Below, in pieces: positions 38,816 to 49,891 of a DNA stretch of 64,000 nt. Within the stretch, counting starts at the first letter, position 1. Each line of letters begins with the position of its first letter. Below the pieces are notes generated by a model, which was given only the letters and a program-made list of their open reading frames with translations, had not been told where the DNA came from and searched no databases. Position numbers and translations under genes: made by a program. Origin of the DNA: Phoronis australis (taxonomy: Eukaryota > Animalia > Phoronida); assembly GCA_002633005.1 (NCBI GenBank), contig NMRA01000400.1, positions 1 through 64,000 of the forward strand, given 5' to 3'.

Positions 38816-41561
38816 NGCGGGTACTCCCCACCACTGAAATTGTCTGGCAGTGACCAATTTTGATACAATGGATGACGTAGCAGGTATTGAAGGCAGTTTT
38901 AAGTGGTTACCAGAAAAGTTGATCTAGCTCAATTTTTTAGTGCAATTCTCTTGGCTCCCCTGACCACACCCACCAGAGCGAACCTGCCAGACGGCCATTT
39001 CCAAGCATCAGGATACGCATAGAGCACTGTGGCACCAAAGAAAATTGGTTACCTTTTCATGCCCAAAAAAGCTCTGGGATCCCGGTCTATAACCCCTCCG
39101 TCGATTTTAATGAAACCCTTTTAAACGAAAACTTCACCAGTTACCTCAAAAATGGTGTTAGGAATTTTCGATTAGTCTGTACGTTTGGTTTCTATGACAA
39201 GGTATCTTTGTAAAAAAATTGAAGTTTTATTCGTCTTTGTCACATTAAGTAAAAACTAGGCTTTTATATCAAAAATCCTAACAGCACTTTTGAGATCGAT
39301 GACTAAATATTTAGTTTGGAAAGTATCAGCGAAATCCATCCAGTCGTTTTTGAGAACTAATGTTCCTAAGTTCAAATAAAGTCGATTTGCCGAAGCCGAG
39401 AAAAAGCCGATTAAACTGGGACAAGTGAAAATCTCAAAGTCTTCGGTTAATTATTCGGTAAAAAATGTTTTCGGTACACATAACCAATACAATCCTTAAC
39501 TATGTTAGTTATTTCAACGTTCACTCACAATGTCAACTGATTTGGCAGTGTGTAACTAACTTAATTATCATTAAAACCTCAATAGACTTTTTTCCCAGCC
39601 AACTTTTACTGTTGTTTACCCACTACTTTCTACGTAAGTCACAGTTCATAGCCTGTACACGTCACGTGATGGGAGAGTGTTACGAAACCAAGTATGAAAT
39701 GGATTACAAAAATCGAATCAGTGGCTAAAGTATGTCGTTAGCATGAGGTCGAAAAATCGAAATGTCAACTTATTATTTGAATTAAGGAATTAGGGTAAGG
39801 ATTTATCTCTTTTCACAACTTTCTGCGTTCATGACCACAGAGGCCTGAGGCGACTCGTAGCATTTCGTTTTCAACGCCAACGGTCGCATGCATGTAGACG
39901 CACAACTCCCTTTGGATCAAAACTACGTTTTGTCTTTGTTTTCCCCGGCACCATTATATCGTAAGTACACCTCGTTGGCTCAATGTTATGGCGACTTTGT
40001 GAATGAAAGGACTGAGGGTATACGAAGCTGTTCTGTACCTGGCGGGAGATTCGATTTAATTGACAGCCCTTTAACCTTTGACCTTGGTTAAGTAGTAAAC
40101 AAATATCCATGCGGTTGTGCGGTTCCAAGGTGGTTCTTCTAAATCTTTTTTTCTCGCTACGCGTTAGGTATTTTGTATTTGAAATTCCCCGAGAATGAAG
40201 ATAAGGTATTTTGCTAGACACAAATGAAATATTATAAAAATGGCCAGCTTTTGTGAATAAAGTTGGAGATAACCTTAAATGGTCGTATTAAACATCACTG
40301 TCTTCAGGCGGTTTTTGTTCCATGCAATCCACTTTCAATGAAACCTAGTTCAACAACTTTTTGCGCTTTTCTAAGAATATTGGGGGTCCATTCCACGCAA
40401 AATCGTTGCGTGTTTTGTATGTCCGTTACCAACTATTCTAATGACCCGGTGACCGCAGCCCACTAGTCGTTAGTTGTCGAAAAATGTCTGCCTCCAGAGT
40501 TCAACTTTACGCAATTTTTGAACTTGCACATCATCGTGGAACGATCCCCAGTTCTTTGACAAGGAATGTTTTCAACAAATCAGAGACAATATTGCGGTCT
40601 GAATTCAGTTCTTTGTGGCAAACTACAGATGAATACAGTTATATTTACAAACAATACAGTGTTTGCCAATAGTTCAGAAATATTCAATTTTTGAAGTTGG
40701 TGCACGCCTAAACAAGATTTTAAGGCTCAGTGTCCTCGTTTCCAAAAAGTAGGCCGACTCTGCATCCACAGCTGTCAAGAAATTCCTCGCAATAGTGTTA
40801 AAGCTGAACATAGGAGCCCCTTAAAATCCTTGTGGAACAGCACTGGCCGTCCACTTTGGAAAGTCCGATGATAACACTGAACCATAAATGAGATGATTTT
40901 AAAATCTTTGAGGACTATAATGTATCGGGACTTTGCTAAACATGTATTGTGTCCTCAATAAATAAATTTAAAAATATTAATAATGATTTTAATAATAATA
41001 ACGATAACGAAAACGAAGCGATAACGAGTAATGCTAGTGATAGCAGTAACATTAATAGCAGTGACAGTAGTGATGGTAATGTAATACTAATAAAAATGAT
41101 AATAGGTAGCAAATTCATGTCGTGTCAGCCCGTCTCATTCCTATAGAAGATGTATACGAAAAGCGCAGCCCAAAAGGGTGTTTTTTCACAGAAAAAAAAT
41201 CTCCAAAATGGCGCCATTTCCGAAAAAAATATATCTAAAAGGTGGCTTTCCTGAATTTCCGAAACAAAAGTGAGAGAATTTTTACACAAATTAGTCTCTA
41301 AATGGGTCACTTTTTTGTTCGAGCCCACTCTCTAAACGGGTCGGTATTCAAATTTATTTGGGCGGCACTCCTCATCTAAAAATATTCCAGTACCCCTCGG
41401 CCGTGTCAGACACCACTTGTTCGTGATTTTGGTAATTTTCTTTGCAATATGACGTGGGTTTCGTAAAATGTAACAATGGCACATTTCTCGCATGTGCGTC
41501 ATTGACGTAAAATGCAACAGTTGTTACATTTTACGAAATTGTTACATTTTACGGCGTATGA

Positions 41562-41774
41562 GGGCGCACACGGCTGTGCCAAGAGTCCCCACAAGTCGGC
41601 TATCTCCCTGAGTTACCTAACGATCCCGTATAAGGTCTTCAGCTTAGTTCGTGTCTGATGGAGCTTAGGGGCTAGAAACCCGACTCAAGGGTCCACAGTG
41701 TGCCTCAGTTGGACTCAAACCAACGACTTTGAATAGAGGAAGAGACACTTATCCCATCAGGCCATACTGCTTCC
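41562..41774 (-). mobile_element. tRNA-derived SINE (counterpart of 37179-37394)
   Basis: Same A/B boxes and body. Confidence 0.75.
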
Positions 41775-42568
41775 GGTAAATAGCTTAAATCAAGTTTGTC
41801 TTTGTGAAGTTAGACATGTAGCAGCTTTAAAAATAGACCCGGGATTTCCCTTGCTTTACAAACGTGCAAGTTAATAAAGTTGTAATGTGATTAAAAATCA
41901 TCCCACCAACTATCCGTTTACGTCACCAGAGCACATTAACACCGGTCAAGCTTATTGTGAGATTAAAAGTAGATTAAGCAAGTCCTTTGAAGAATGTCCT
42001 TAAGAATGCTGCCACAGACACATCACCTATCAATTTGTTGTCCGTTCATGACGTCATGAAGTGACAATCTCCGAGATAGCTACCTGCAGGTTGTGTTGTT
42101 GCAGAGTTGTCACGTTGGTTTGACGTGGTTTTTCTATCAATTATGCGCCTCTTCAAATATTAATCTGAGGCTGTTTAACATGTAGTCTCAATTCTCCTTG
42201 GACAGACAAAGTCTGATGGTTTCGATCAAGTTTTGGAGATATACGGTGCATTCCGTCAGTGACTCTCCAACCAAAAGGTTTTTTAGTCTCTTTCAAATCT
42301 TCGAGCTTGTATACGGTGTTTATATACAATTCGTTAGTGACTGGTTGAATAAGCTGAAACAATAGACTTTCACGTTCGGTGACGTGTGTATTCTCATAAA
42401 TTATTCTAAGCTTGATTTGTTCTGATGTTTTCTCTTCGTAAGTCAACAGGATCGTTTAAATGCTGAGGATATAGCTTTTTTCTGATGTTTTCTCTTCGTA
42501 GGTCAACAGGACCGTTTAAATGCTGAGAATATAGCTAGCTGCATGCTAAAGTTTGGTCACTCGCCGTC

Positions 42569-43519
42569 ATGGGAGTACCCATAAGCATGCTTAGATGTGG
42601 CTGGTTCACGGAGGACGACATAGAAACATGGCTGAAAAGCGACTCCAAGCCCAAGATATTTGGGGAAAAGGGCAATATGTCGTACACAGAATACGCCAGA
42701 AAGGTAACGGTGCACTTGTCGTCGATGAAGTTAGACGAAAAACACAAGGGAAAAATAATCTGCTACGAGAAAGTTAAAGGGGACCGTATATCGCGGACGA
42801 ATTACGTCGATAGAGTCGACGAAGGAGTACTTGTCACCAATACGTCCAAGAACCTATTCGGTCGTGCATTCTTGCGAATGAGTCCAAAGCTCTATCCATT
42901 AGGTGTTCAGAAGCATAGTGAATACGGCAAATGCTTGGTTTCAGCGCCAGCAAAAATCATAACAATTTCTGTAAGATTAGACGGCATTCCACAGCGTTTG
43001 TGTCGGCAGCATGGTCACACTCAGCACGTGCCCGATTCTTTCTTCTCGTGGTTAGTCTCCAACGAAAACGAGACCGTAACGATAGACATTCCGATATGGA
43101 ATCCAGGTGAACCCACGTCAAGTATAACACCAGATATTCATAGTGTAGGTGATAATAAGTCAATTGACGGCACGCCTCGTGGAACACCAACTGGACGATT
43201 GTCACGTAAAGGGCGCTGGGTCTCCACTTTGTCGCACGGTAGCGCATGTGCTAAAGCGTTCCATGACTTCATCAACTCGATTCCGAACGGATACCACGAA
43301 ATAGTCATAGAAGTCGGTTTCATGTATAATTGCGACGAGCTGCTGTTGTTACCGCTCGAGAAATATAACTCCTCGGTGGGTCAAAGCGGACATGTTTGGA
43401 TGAAGGAATACTTCAGCGGGACAGAGTTCGTAACAGCAGGTGCTTCAAAGGAAAGGGGGTTGAAAGCGTATCCTATTGTTCTTGCGAGTGGCACACTTAA
43501 ATTGCACAAGTCTGAATAG
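42569..43519 (+). CDS. Intronless 316-aa protein of unknown function, possibly bacterial-like
   Basis: Long clean ORF in repeat-rich DNA; strong Kozak context GCCGTCATGG; in-frame upstream stop; acceptor-like ttttctcttcgtag upstream; AATAAA near 44103 and 44191; the two differences seen versus the duplicate are synonymous. Confidence 0.85.
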   Translation: MGVPISMLRCGWFTEDDIETWLKSDSKPKIFGEKGNMSYTEYARKVTVHLSSMKLDEKHKGKIICYEKVKGDRISRTNYVDRVDEGVLVTNTSKNLFGRAFLRMSPKLYPLGVQKHSEYGKCLVSAPAKIITISVRLDGIPQRLCRQHGHTQHVPDSFFSWLVSNENETVTIDIPIWNPGEPTSSITPDIHSVGDNKSIDGTPRGTPTGRLSRKGRWVSTLSHGSACAKAFHDFINSIPNGYHEIVIEVGFMYNCDELLLLPLEKYNSSVGQSGHVWMKEYFSGTEFVTAGASKERGLKAYPIVLASGTLKLHKSE

Positions 43520-45193
43520 AGTTTTCAAGATTTCATTAATTTCCTTAACCATGCATATTTTGTAAAGTGCTTTGGGTGAAATGAGGGGTGCTTTTTCAGG
43601 AATGGTCTTGATAAAAGGGTACCAGACCCGGTTTTGGATTATTAACAAATATTCAAAACGTCTTTCCTGTCTATTTTTGTGAAATAATATAATACTATGT
43701 AACCATCGACAACCTATATGTGACACAGAGAGTGTGGGCTTTCAGTTGAATCCTGCTTATATCACTCAAGTGGTTGGCAGGTGACACAACGATGATTGTT
43801 TGAAATCACTAAAACTAGGTTTAGTATCCTTTCAAGGCAGGTGAGGTGTTTGAAGGAATGTTCCTTTGCTCTGCCAAGTCTGAAAAGAATTTCTCCTCCT
43901 GAGCTCTACGTACAGGACATGTATGTCCCGTGAATGTCCTAAATTAGTACATGGTCAGCTCGTGGTCACTCACTAGGACATTAGTTTCCTTCTGGTGGTA
44001 TCTTGTCGTACACTAATACAAACAGCTTGACAAAGAACATACAGAGTGACATGGTCAACCTAATGTGTAGATCTAGGTCCAAACTATATGTGAAATCAAG
44101 CTAATAAATGGATCCTCAAAGGCCTTTATTTTCATAGCGAACTTTATTCCATCCAACCAAATCATACTGTCCAAAGCAACTCAGTGTACAAATAAAGAAT
44201 TGTTTCCACGTCACGTGACACCCTGCACTGAGCAAACAAAGCAGCTTATTTTACATATAACTATCTTTGAACAAGTCTCATGTAGTAATCAATTGAATTT
44301 ATATGTCTCCGTGGAGAATCTACTTTCATCCGTGTTCTCACAGACAAATGTGTGACTTCATTCCACCAGGTGGTGCGTCAGTTAACATAAGCCTTCCATG
44401 ACTAAATACATCAAATTTAAACTTAATTTTGACTATTTTTGCAATTTTGTACAATGCCATTATGACGGTCTAACTCATCCCAGGTTTAGCGGTACGTATG
44501 GTTAGTGGTAATACTGAGGGACTGCCCACCTTCAGTTATTGATCCAAACTTATGTAGACAGACAACCTAATTTCACTAAAATTCTACGTTTTCTAAAATT
44601 GTGTTATGAGCAACAATAAACAGTGTTAAATTGGGGCTAACATCGGAAGGTTATTTCTCAGAAATGGGTAGCGTGATTTAAATTTAAGATAGTTTGATAT
44701 ATGCAATCTACCCCAAAATTCCTTTATAGAATTGCATTTTAGATGTTTCAATTTTACATTAGGTGTTTTCAGTCGAAAATTTTGATTCTTACACAAAAAT
44801 CAAAACGTTGCGCGAGGCAAAGACCAATCAATCACTAAAGAAGAAATATTTAATCAAAAGATTTTTGACTCTTTTGTTTTGCTATGAATATAATTTTCAC
44901 TTTTTTGCCAACTATAACTAAAATGCATGACCACTAACAGGTTGTTCTAATATTTTAAAATTAAATTATATACATTTTTAACTCCAGAACGTACTTGCTT
45001 CAATTCAGTTTTGTACCTTAATACACAAACAGGCCGATACACGTATTCCTAATCCTAACGAAAATTCAAACATATGACCTTAAACATATACGGTATTTTA
45101 TTTGGTCAATAAACTCATAAAAGTAACCAATAAATTTCACGCTGACAATAAAATTTTCATCAACTGGTACATGAATTTTGATTCATGCCCCGG

Positions 45194-45392
45194 TTATCCC
45201 TTTCTGCTACAAACTTCCAGGACTTTATACGCGGCAAGAAAATTCATTGGGTAACAGGCGCAATAGTTGCGATAGGCATAGACAAAACGAGGCCTCATCT
45301 CTCCACGGCATCTGGCCCAACGCTTCTGTCGCCACCGATACTGGCGGCACTGTCCCCACAAACACCGGCAGCGACACCAACGGCAGCTTTGT
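45194..45392 (-). CDS. Terminal exon of a secreted Cys/Arg-rich peptide precursor
   Basis: Acceptor ttattcttcag; phase-2 reading QSCRWCRCRCLWGQCRQYRWRQKRWARCRGEMRPRFVYAYRNYCACYPMNFLAAYKVLEVCSRKG*; minus-strand AATAAA at 45097-45102. Confidence 0.8.
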
Positions 45393-45664
45393 CTGAAGAA
45401 TAACAGAAAACAGCACGTTTGATTTCATACCATGTATATACAATGCATTATACAGGTCTTCATTGGTTTGACAAAGAAGGTCTTTAGAACGTATTTCGTA
45501 TTACGCAGATCCTAATTGCACAAGACAAAGAACGTCAGAATAATGCACTGTATAAAGGTCCTCATTTCACAAGACAAAGACAGTATGTAAAATGCACTGC
45601 GTATTCTACAGATCTCATTGCACAATACACACATTGAACTTCTTTTTAGGGCCAAAGGTAAGCC

Positions 45665-45740
45665 GCATCCCTTCCAATTAGGAATACTGTGACCACTATA
45701 TTGTTTCAAATCTACCCCTGCCAAGAGTTATAAAATGCCA
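45665..45740 (-). mobile_element. Tyrosine-recombinase (DIRS/Ngaro-like) remnant in an intron
   Basis: AGVDLKQYSGHSI-(frameshift)-IG resembles the YR motif YSGHSFRIG. Confidence 0.5.
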
Positions 45741-45897
45741 CTGCTTAATCTCAACTTCTGTCACAAAAATAAGGTTTTGAGACTACTTTCATTTGGTCTC
45801 AAATTGCTCCTTATTGAGATTAGAAGTGGTTTCTCAACTATGTAACTACTGACAGTTCGTTATGTCTTGCCACACAAGGCTCAGTATCTTGGCTTAC

Positions 45898-45972
45898 CTT
45901 CGACGAGTCACTTCGTCGGCTATACGTGTAGGTATAGACAGAAACAAACCACTGCAAGTATGTCCAAAATTT
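45898..45972 (-). CDS. Internal exon (75 nt) of the Cys/Arg-rich precursor
   Basis: Acceptor attatcag, donor AAG|gtaagc; phase 2-2; encodes NFGHTCSGLFLSIPTRIADEVTRR. Confidence 0.75.
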
Positions 45973-46097
45973 CTGATAATCTGACCAAGGAACACGTTGA
46001 AGCGTCATTAAACATATTACGTGGTCTAATTTGAAAGACTCTTGTTCTTTGGAGCTACAATGGTTGTCAAAGTACATGGATATCGGCAAAACCGACT

Positions 46098-46312
46098 TTC
46101 CATTACGTTGAGACATTCCTTTGTAAGAAAAGAGTGGAATTCCATTACGTTGAGACATTCTTTTGTAAGAAAAGAGTGGAATTCCATTACGTTGAGACAT
46201 TCCTTTGTAAGAAAAGAGTGGAATTCCATTACGTTGAGACATTCCTTTGTAAGAAAAGAGTGGAATTCCATTACGTTGAGACATTCCTTTGTAAGAAAAG
46301 AGTGGAATTCCA
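46098..46312. repeat. 42-bp minisatellite, 5 nearly identical copies (intronic)
   Basis: ttccattacgttgagacattcctttgtaagaaaagagtggaa x5, with no spacers. Confidence 0.97.
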
Positions 46313-46642
46313 GCATTCCGTGTGTATTTGTAAACACTTACGCATTGAAAATTGTATGTTTTTCTACACTTGGCCAAAATTCACTTGATGGTGCAGAGGA
46401 AAACCGTGTTAACTTTTCACTCTCTGAATAGTATTTGACAAAAGGAAATTGGATGCGCGTTTTGTAAACCCAAGACATTCTCGAGAAACTTGTGGACCCA
46501 AACAGTTGACACTTATGAAACAAAAATGTGAACTCTGCATGTATGTATAATGCGACGCTTTAGCCTTACCGATCCAACTACTCGGTGGAATATATTTCGT
46601 AATTTTATTCGAGCAAGGTTCCGAATTTACTTTCAAAACCCT

Positions 46643-46886
46643 GCGCGCACCCATGGGGGAGGGGGCAGCTCGGAGATACATGTAGAAACAGGTCCCCCTT
46701 TGGCGAAGTGGGCAAAAAAGTCCGCCTCAGAGAAATAAAAAGTCCGAGAAAACGACACAAAAGACCACCAAAAAGGCGCGAAAGCACTATTCATAGCCCG
46801 GGACGCGCTACCCCAGTTTTTTAGTCCCCGTTTTTTTGTTACTAAAAGGTCCACATTGGTAAAAATTCGAGCTTCCCCTATATTTT
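46643..46886 (+). repeat. Copy of the ~240-bp interspersed repeat family
   Basis: Aligns with 48709-48948 and with the reverse complement of 88-305. Confidence 0.75.
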
Positions 46887-47111
46887 AGGCTGGGTGTGCG
46901 GATAGAAACATTCACTTGTATAATTTTGTGTGGTTATGCAGAACATCCCTTTTCGAGCAAGAAATCTGCTTTACGGATCGAGGTCTTGTTTACTTGCATG
47001 GACACGTAAATAGAGCAAAAATTGCGTTTGACGTTAATGTATTCAAGTTACACACTGCTTCACTAGCGCCACCAAATGAACTTCGAGATTGTTACAGCAG
47101 GAAAGACCTAC

Positions 47112-47452
47112 CCAGGGTGGTTGCAGTGGGTGTTCGTGAATGGGTACAAGAAACGGCACAGCCTGTTACCGATAAACTGTTGAGAAATTCTGATAGCGGT
47201 GGCACAGCAATGTCCGTATATACACCTTCCAATTTGTGCCAAATCCCTGCCGCTAGGTGTCCACCTTAGTTTCCTTGTTGCAACATCGGAATCTTTCGAG
47301 TCGTCCCCGATCTCGTCGTTTAAGGAGTCACCAACGCCTTCGCCACTCAGCGCGTTGGGTTGAGCACGTGCATTAACGAGTAAGGCGTCATTTTCTAAGT
47401 TCGACTCCAGCTGACTCACAGCAGAAGCCAAGATGGCGACGGAACTGATAAC
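47112..47452 (-). CDS. Exon encoding signal-peptide end, acidic propeptide, furin site and mature N-terminus of the Cys/Arg-rich precursor
   Basis: Acceptor atttgtag, donor GG|gtaggt; VISSVAILASAVS-QLESNLEND...DDSKDSDVAT-RKLR-WTPSGRDLAQIGRCIYGHCC...THCNHPG. The initiating exon was not located. Confidence 0.8.
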
Positions 47453-47739
47453 CTACAAATATTTCAATTAAGTTGTGCCATAAAAAATAGATTGTTGGCT
47501 TTAGGAAATACACTTGGACAACAAAAATCACCAATTTCCCCAAAAAGTATGGGAATGACTCCAAACAGCGTCTGTGTTACTGCTGTCCAAGGTAAAAAAC
47601 GTTAACATGCATTAAGTCGTTGCTTCAGATAGTATCAACACTTTCACTTAATTCCCATCTCCGGTGGTCCAAATATATGATACGCATTTTCCGACATCTG
47701 CATGTATAAATTTGCTTTAAAACCTTGTTTGCTCTTTTC

Positions 47740-49860
47740 CACCCGGTAAGAAAGCATTACCGTCCTGGTGAAAAATATTACCGCCCTGGTGGGAAATGTT
47801 ACCGTCCTGGTGGAAAACATTTCCACCTGATTGGAAATGTATTGTTTTTACACGAACTTTGATCACCTAGGATTGCTGGCATGGCCATATACGGAGCGAT
47901 ATCATCACGTGGTGTGATACTTCACATTAAATCGCTTTAAGTAAGATACATGTATTTCTAACTCCCTGTTAGACTCAGAATTGATCCCCATGTGTTTCTC
48001 AAATCTCTCACATTGCTAGCGCAATCTCTGGTACGCTTGATTACCTTCCACAAGATTGACGGAAGCAGGAATGGTATGACTGACAGGTACCATAATCAAG
48101 GATTCAAACATATGGACATTATCTTGTTGCAAACGAATCATGGCCGCACTATCAGTGTTAACACATTTGAGACGCATCTTAAAAACTCGATACCTATTTA
48201 GGCGAAATACCAAACATGACAGAGGTGATATTTGCCGAACGACAACTGTCAAGAACTGCTTAGCAAAGATACTAAGGCAAATGAAGTAGTAACATACACA
48301 GCAGGAAACCGTGCGCCAGGTGTTTCATTTCTTGGACATTGAAAGGAGTGCAGTTTCGATGGCAGAAAAGATCAGTTAGGCAAGACTTGCTGCGACTTTT
48401 CTGTATCGACAGGAAATTCATACATGTCGGAACTGTTTGGCGGTGAGGAGTCGCAGTTTACGAAGCATCATCAGGGTAAACTCGATATCTTACGTGGCTT
48501 TCTTACGCGTGCAGAACATATACCAAATAATACAAAGAACACTTTGACTTGTTGCGTCATGAAAATGACCCTTACCTGCCAATCAACAGCCTGACCGAGG
48601 CCAGTGGACCTTTCGTACGGTTTCTAAATTTCGTTGATAATTACTGACTAAGTAGGCTGAATTGCAATTACTGCATATTTGCGGTGTACTCTTTTTTAAC
48701 TTAACTAAGCATGCGCGCACCCAGGGGAGGTGGGGATACGGGTGGCTCCTTACCCATTTGGCGAAGTGGTCAAAAAGGTCCGCCTCAGAGGAACAAAAGT
48801 CCGAGAAAACGAGACAAAAGTGCGCTAAAAAGGCGCGAATGCACAATTCACAGCTCTGAACGTGGTACCCCATTTTTGTAGTCCCCCGATTTTTTGTTAG
48901 TAAAAGGTCCACATTGTCAAGAATTCGAGCCCCTCTATATTTTAGACTGGTTGGTCGCATGCTAAGCATTGGTTTTCATCAAAAATATATTACAGCGATC
49001 GGAAAAACGCTACAGAATCCACGATTAATAAATCTAGCCGCTTGTTGCATCGAGGAGCACTCATTGAAACCGGTGATTAAAGTCCGTCGGTTAAAAATCC
49101 AACTGCATAAAAATCAAACAGCTTAAGCAACACGAATTTAAAGCGGCCTCCTTTGTACATGCAACACCGGATTCAAGTTTTTCTTTTTTTGAAGAACTAA
49201 ATTCTGTAACCCAATGGCAAAAACAGCAATTACGTAAACTGAGGTGCGTTTTAATGGTGTCTTTTTCTTGCTTCGGCTGTAGTGCTACTGTCACATGCTG
49301 AGAATGCGTCAGTTTTTATGTAAAATATTGTGACAGAAGATTTAGTTCCGTTTTAAGCACAATTTTGGCGCCTAAAAGTTTGGAGAAGTAAACAGTGTTC
49401 GGAACAGGCCAAGGAGCGGGCGTTCAAGGGCAACAATGCTGCAACAAGATTTATTTAACAAAACGTTCAATTTTGCAACTTCTTCTTCCACACCTAGGCT
49501 TATTTAAAATTTAATACAGTTTGAAAGGGGAATGAATGAACTATTCGATAAATGTAGCAACAAGCCCTGTTTACCTGCACATCATTTCGACTTAAAAATG
49601 AGTTGCACTGACAAGTGATCCAAAAAAGGGCTAAGTGAAGTTTCCTATGATAAGTAGAGCTATATAATTACATGCAAAATAATAAAGCCATTAACCATGT
49701 CAAAGCCAAGTGAAATTAGAATTTTAAAGTCCATTGCTATCACCATAAAGTCTTCGCGATTCATCACTTGGCGATGTAGGTACAGTTAGAAGTCATGTGC
49801 CAAGTGGTAGTGTTTTCACCCGAGTGGAAATGTTTTCAACCCAAGCGGTAACACTTCACA
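47740..49860. mobile_element. Decayed DNA element bounded by inverted 21-bp subterminal repeats
   Basis: Tandem ttaccgtcctggtggaaaacatttccac near 47750-47830, with an inverted counterpart near 49810-49858. Confidence 0.4.
48709..48948 (+). repeat. Copy of the ~240-bp interspersed repeat family
   Basis: Aligns with 46643-46886. Confidence 0.75.
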
Positions 49861-49891
49861 CCAACAATTAAATAAAATAAAATAATGACAT

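Larger units (their letters stand above)
34253..40274. mobile_element. Kolobok-type element nested in the 6-bp-TSD element (duplicate right end at 36141)
   Basis: TTAA|ggttatctccaac ... gttggagataacc|TTAA; perfect 13-bp TIR. Confidence 0.85.
33025..41561. mobile_element. TIR DNA element with TG..CA ends and a 6-bp TSD (IS3EU-like), carrying nested elements; duplicate right end at 37178
   Basis: TGATACGCCGTAAAATGTAACAATTTCGTA is inverted at 37149-37178 and 41532-41561; subterminal aaaatgtaaca repeats; flanks gggcac / gggcgc. Confidence 0.75.

Noticed and set aside
38187-38837. Separate 216-aa paralogue with a novel C-terminus
   Set aside because: The C-terminus is read across an N gap into unrelated repeat sequence; most likely the other allele of 42569-43519.
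45225-45443. ORF-track frame TKLPLVSLPVFVG... as the coding frame
   Set aside because: Its phase is incompatible with the upstream exon chain; the Cys/Arg-rich frame fits all splice phases.
46098-46312. CRISPR-like regular repeat
   Set aside because: Units are head-to-tail with no unique spacers, there are no cas genes, and the context is a eukaryotic intron.
45838-46431. Overlapping 84-179 aa ORFs on both strands
   Set aside because: They are open only because the 42-bp unit is a multiple of three and lacks stops in those frames.
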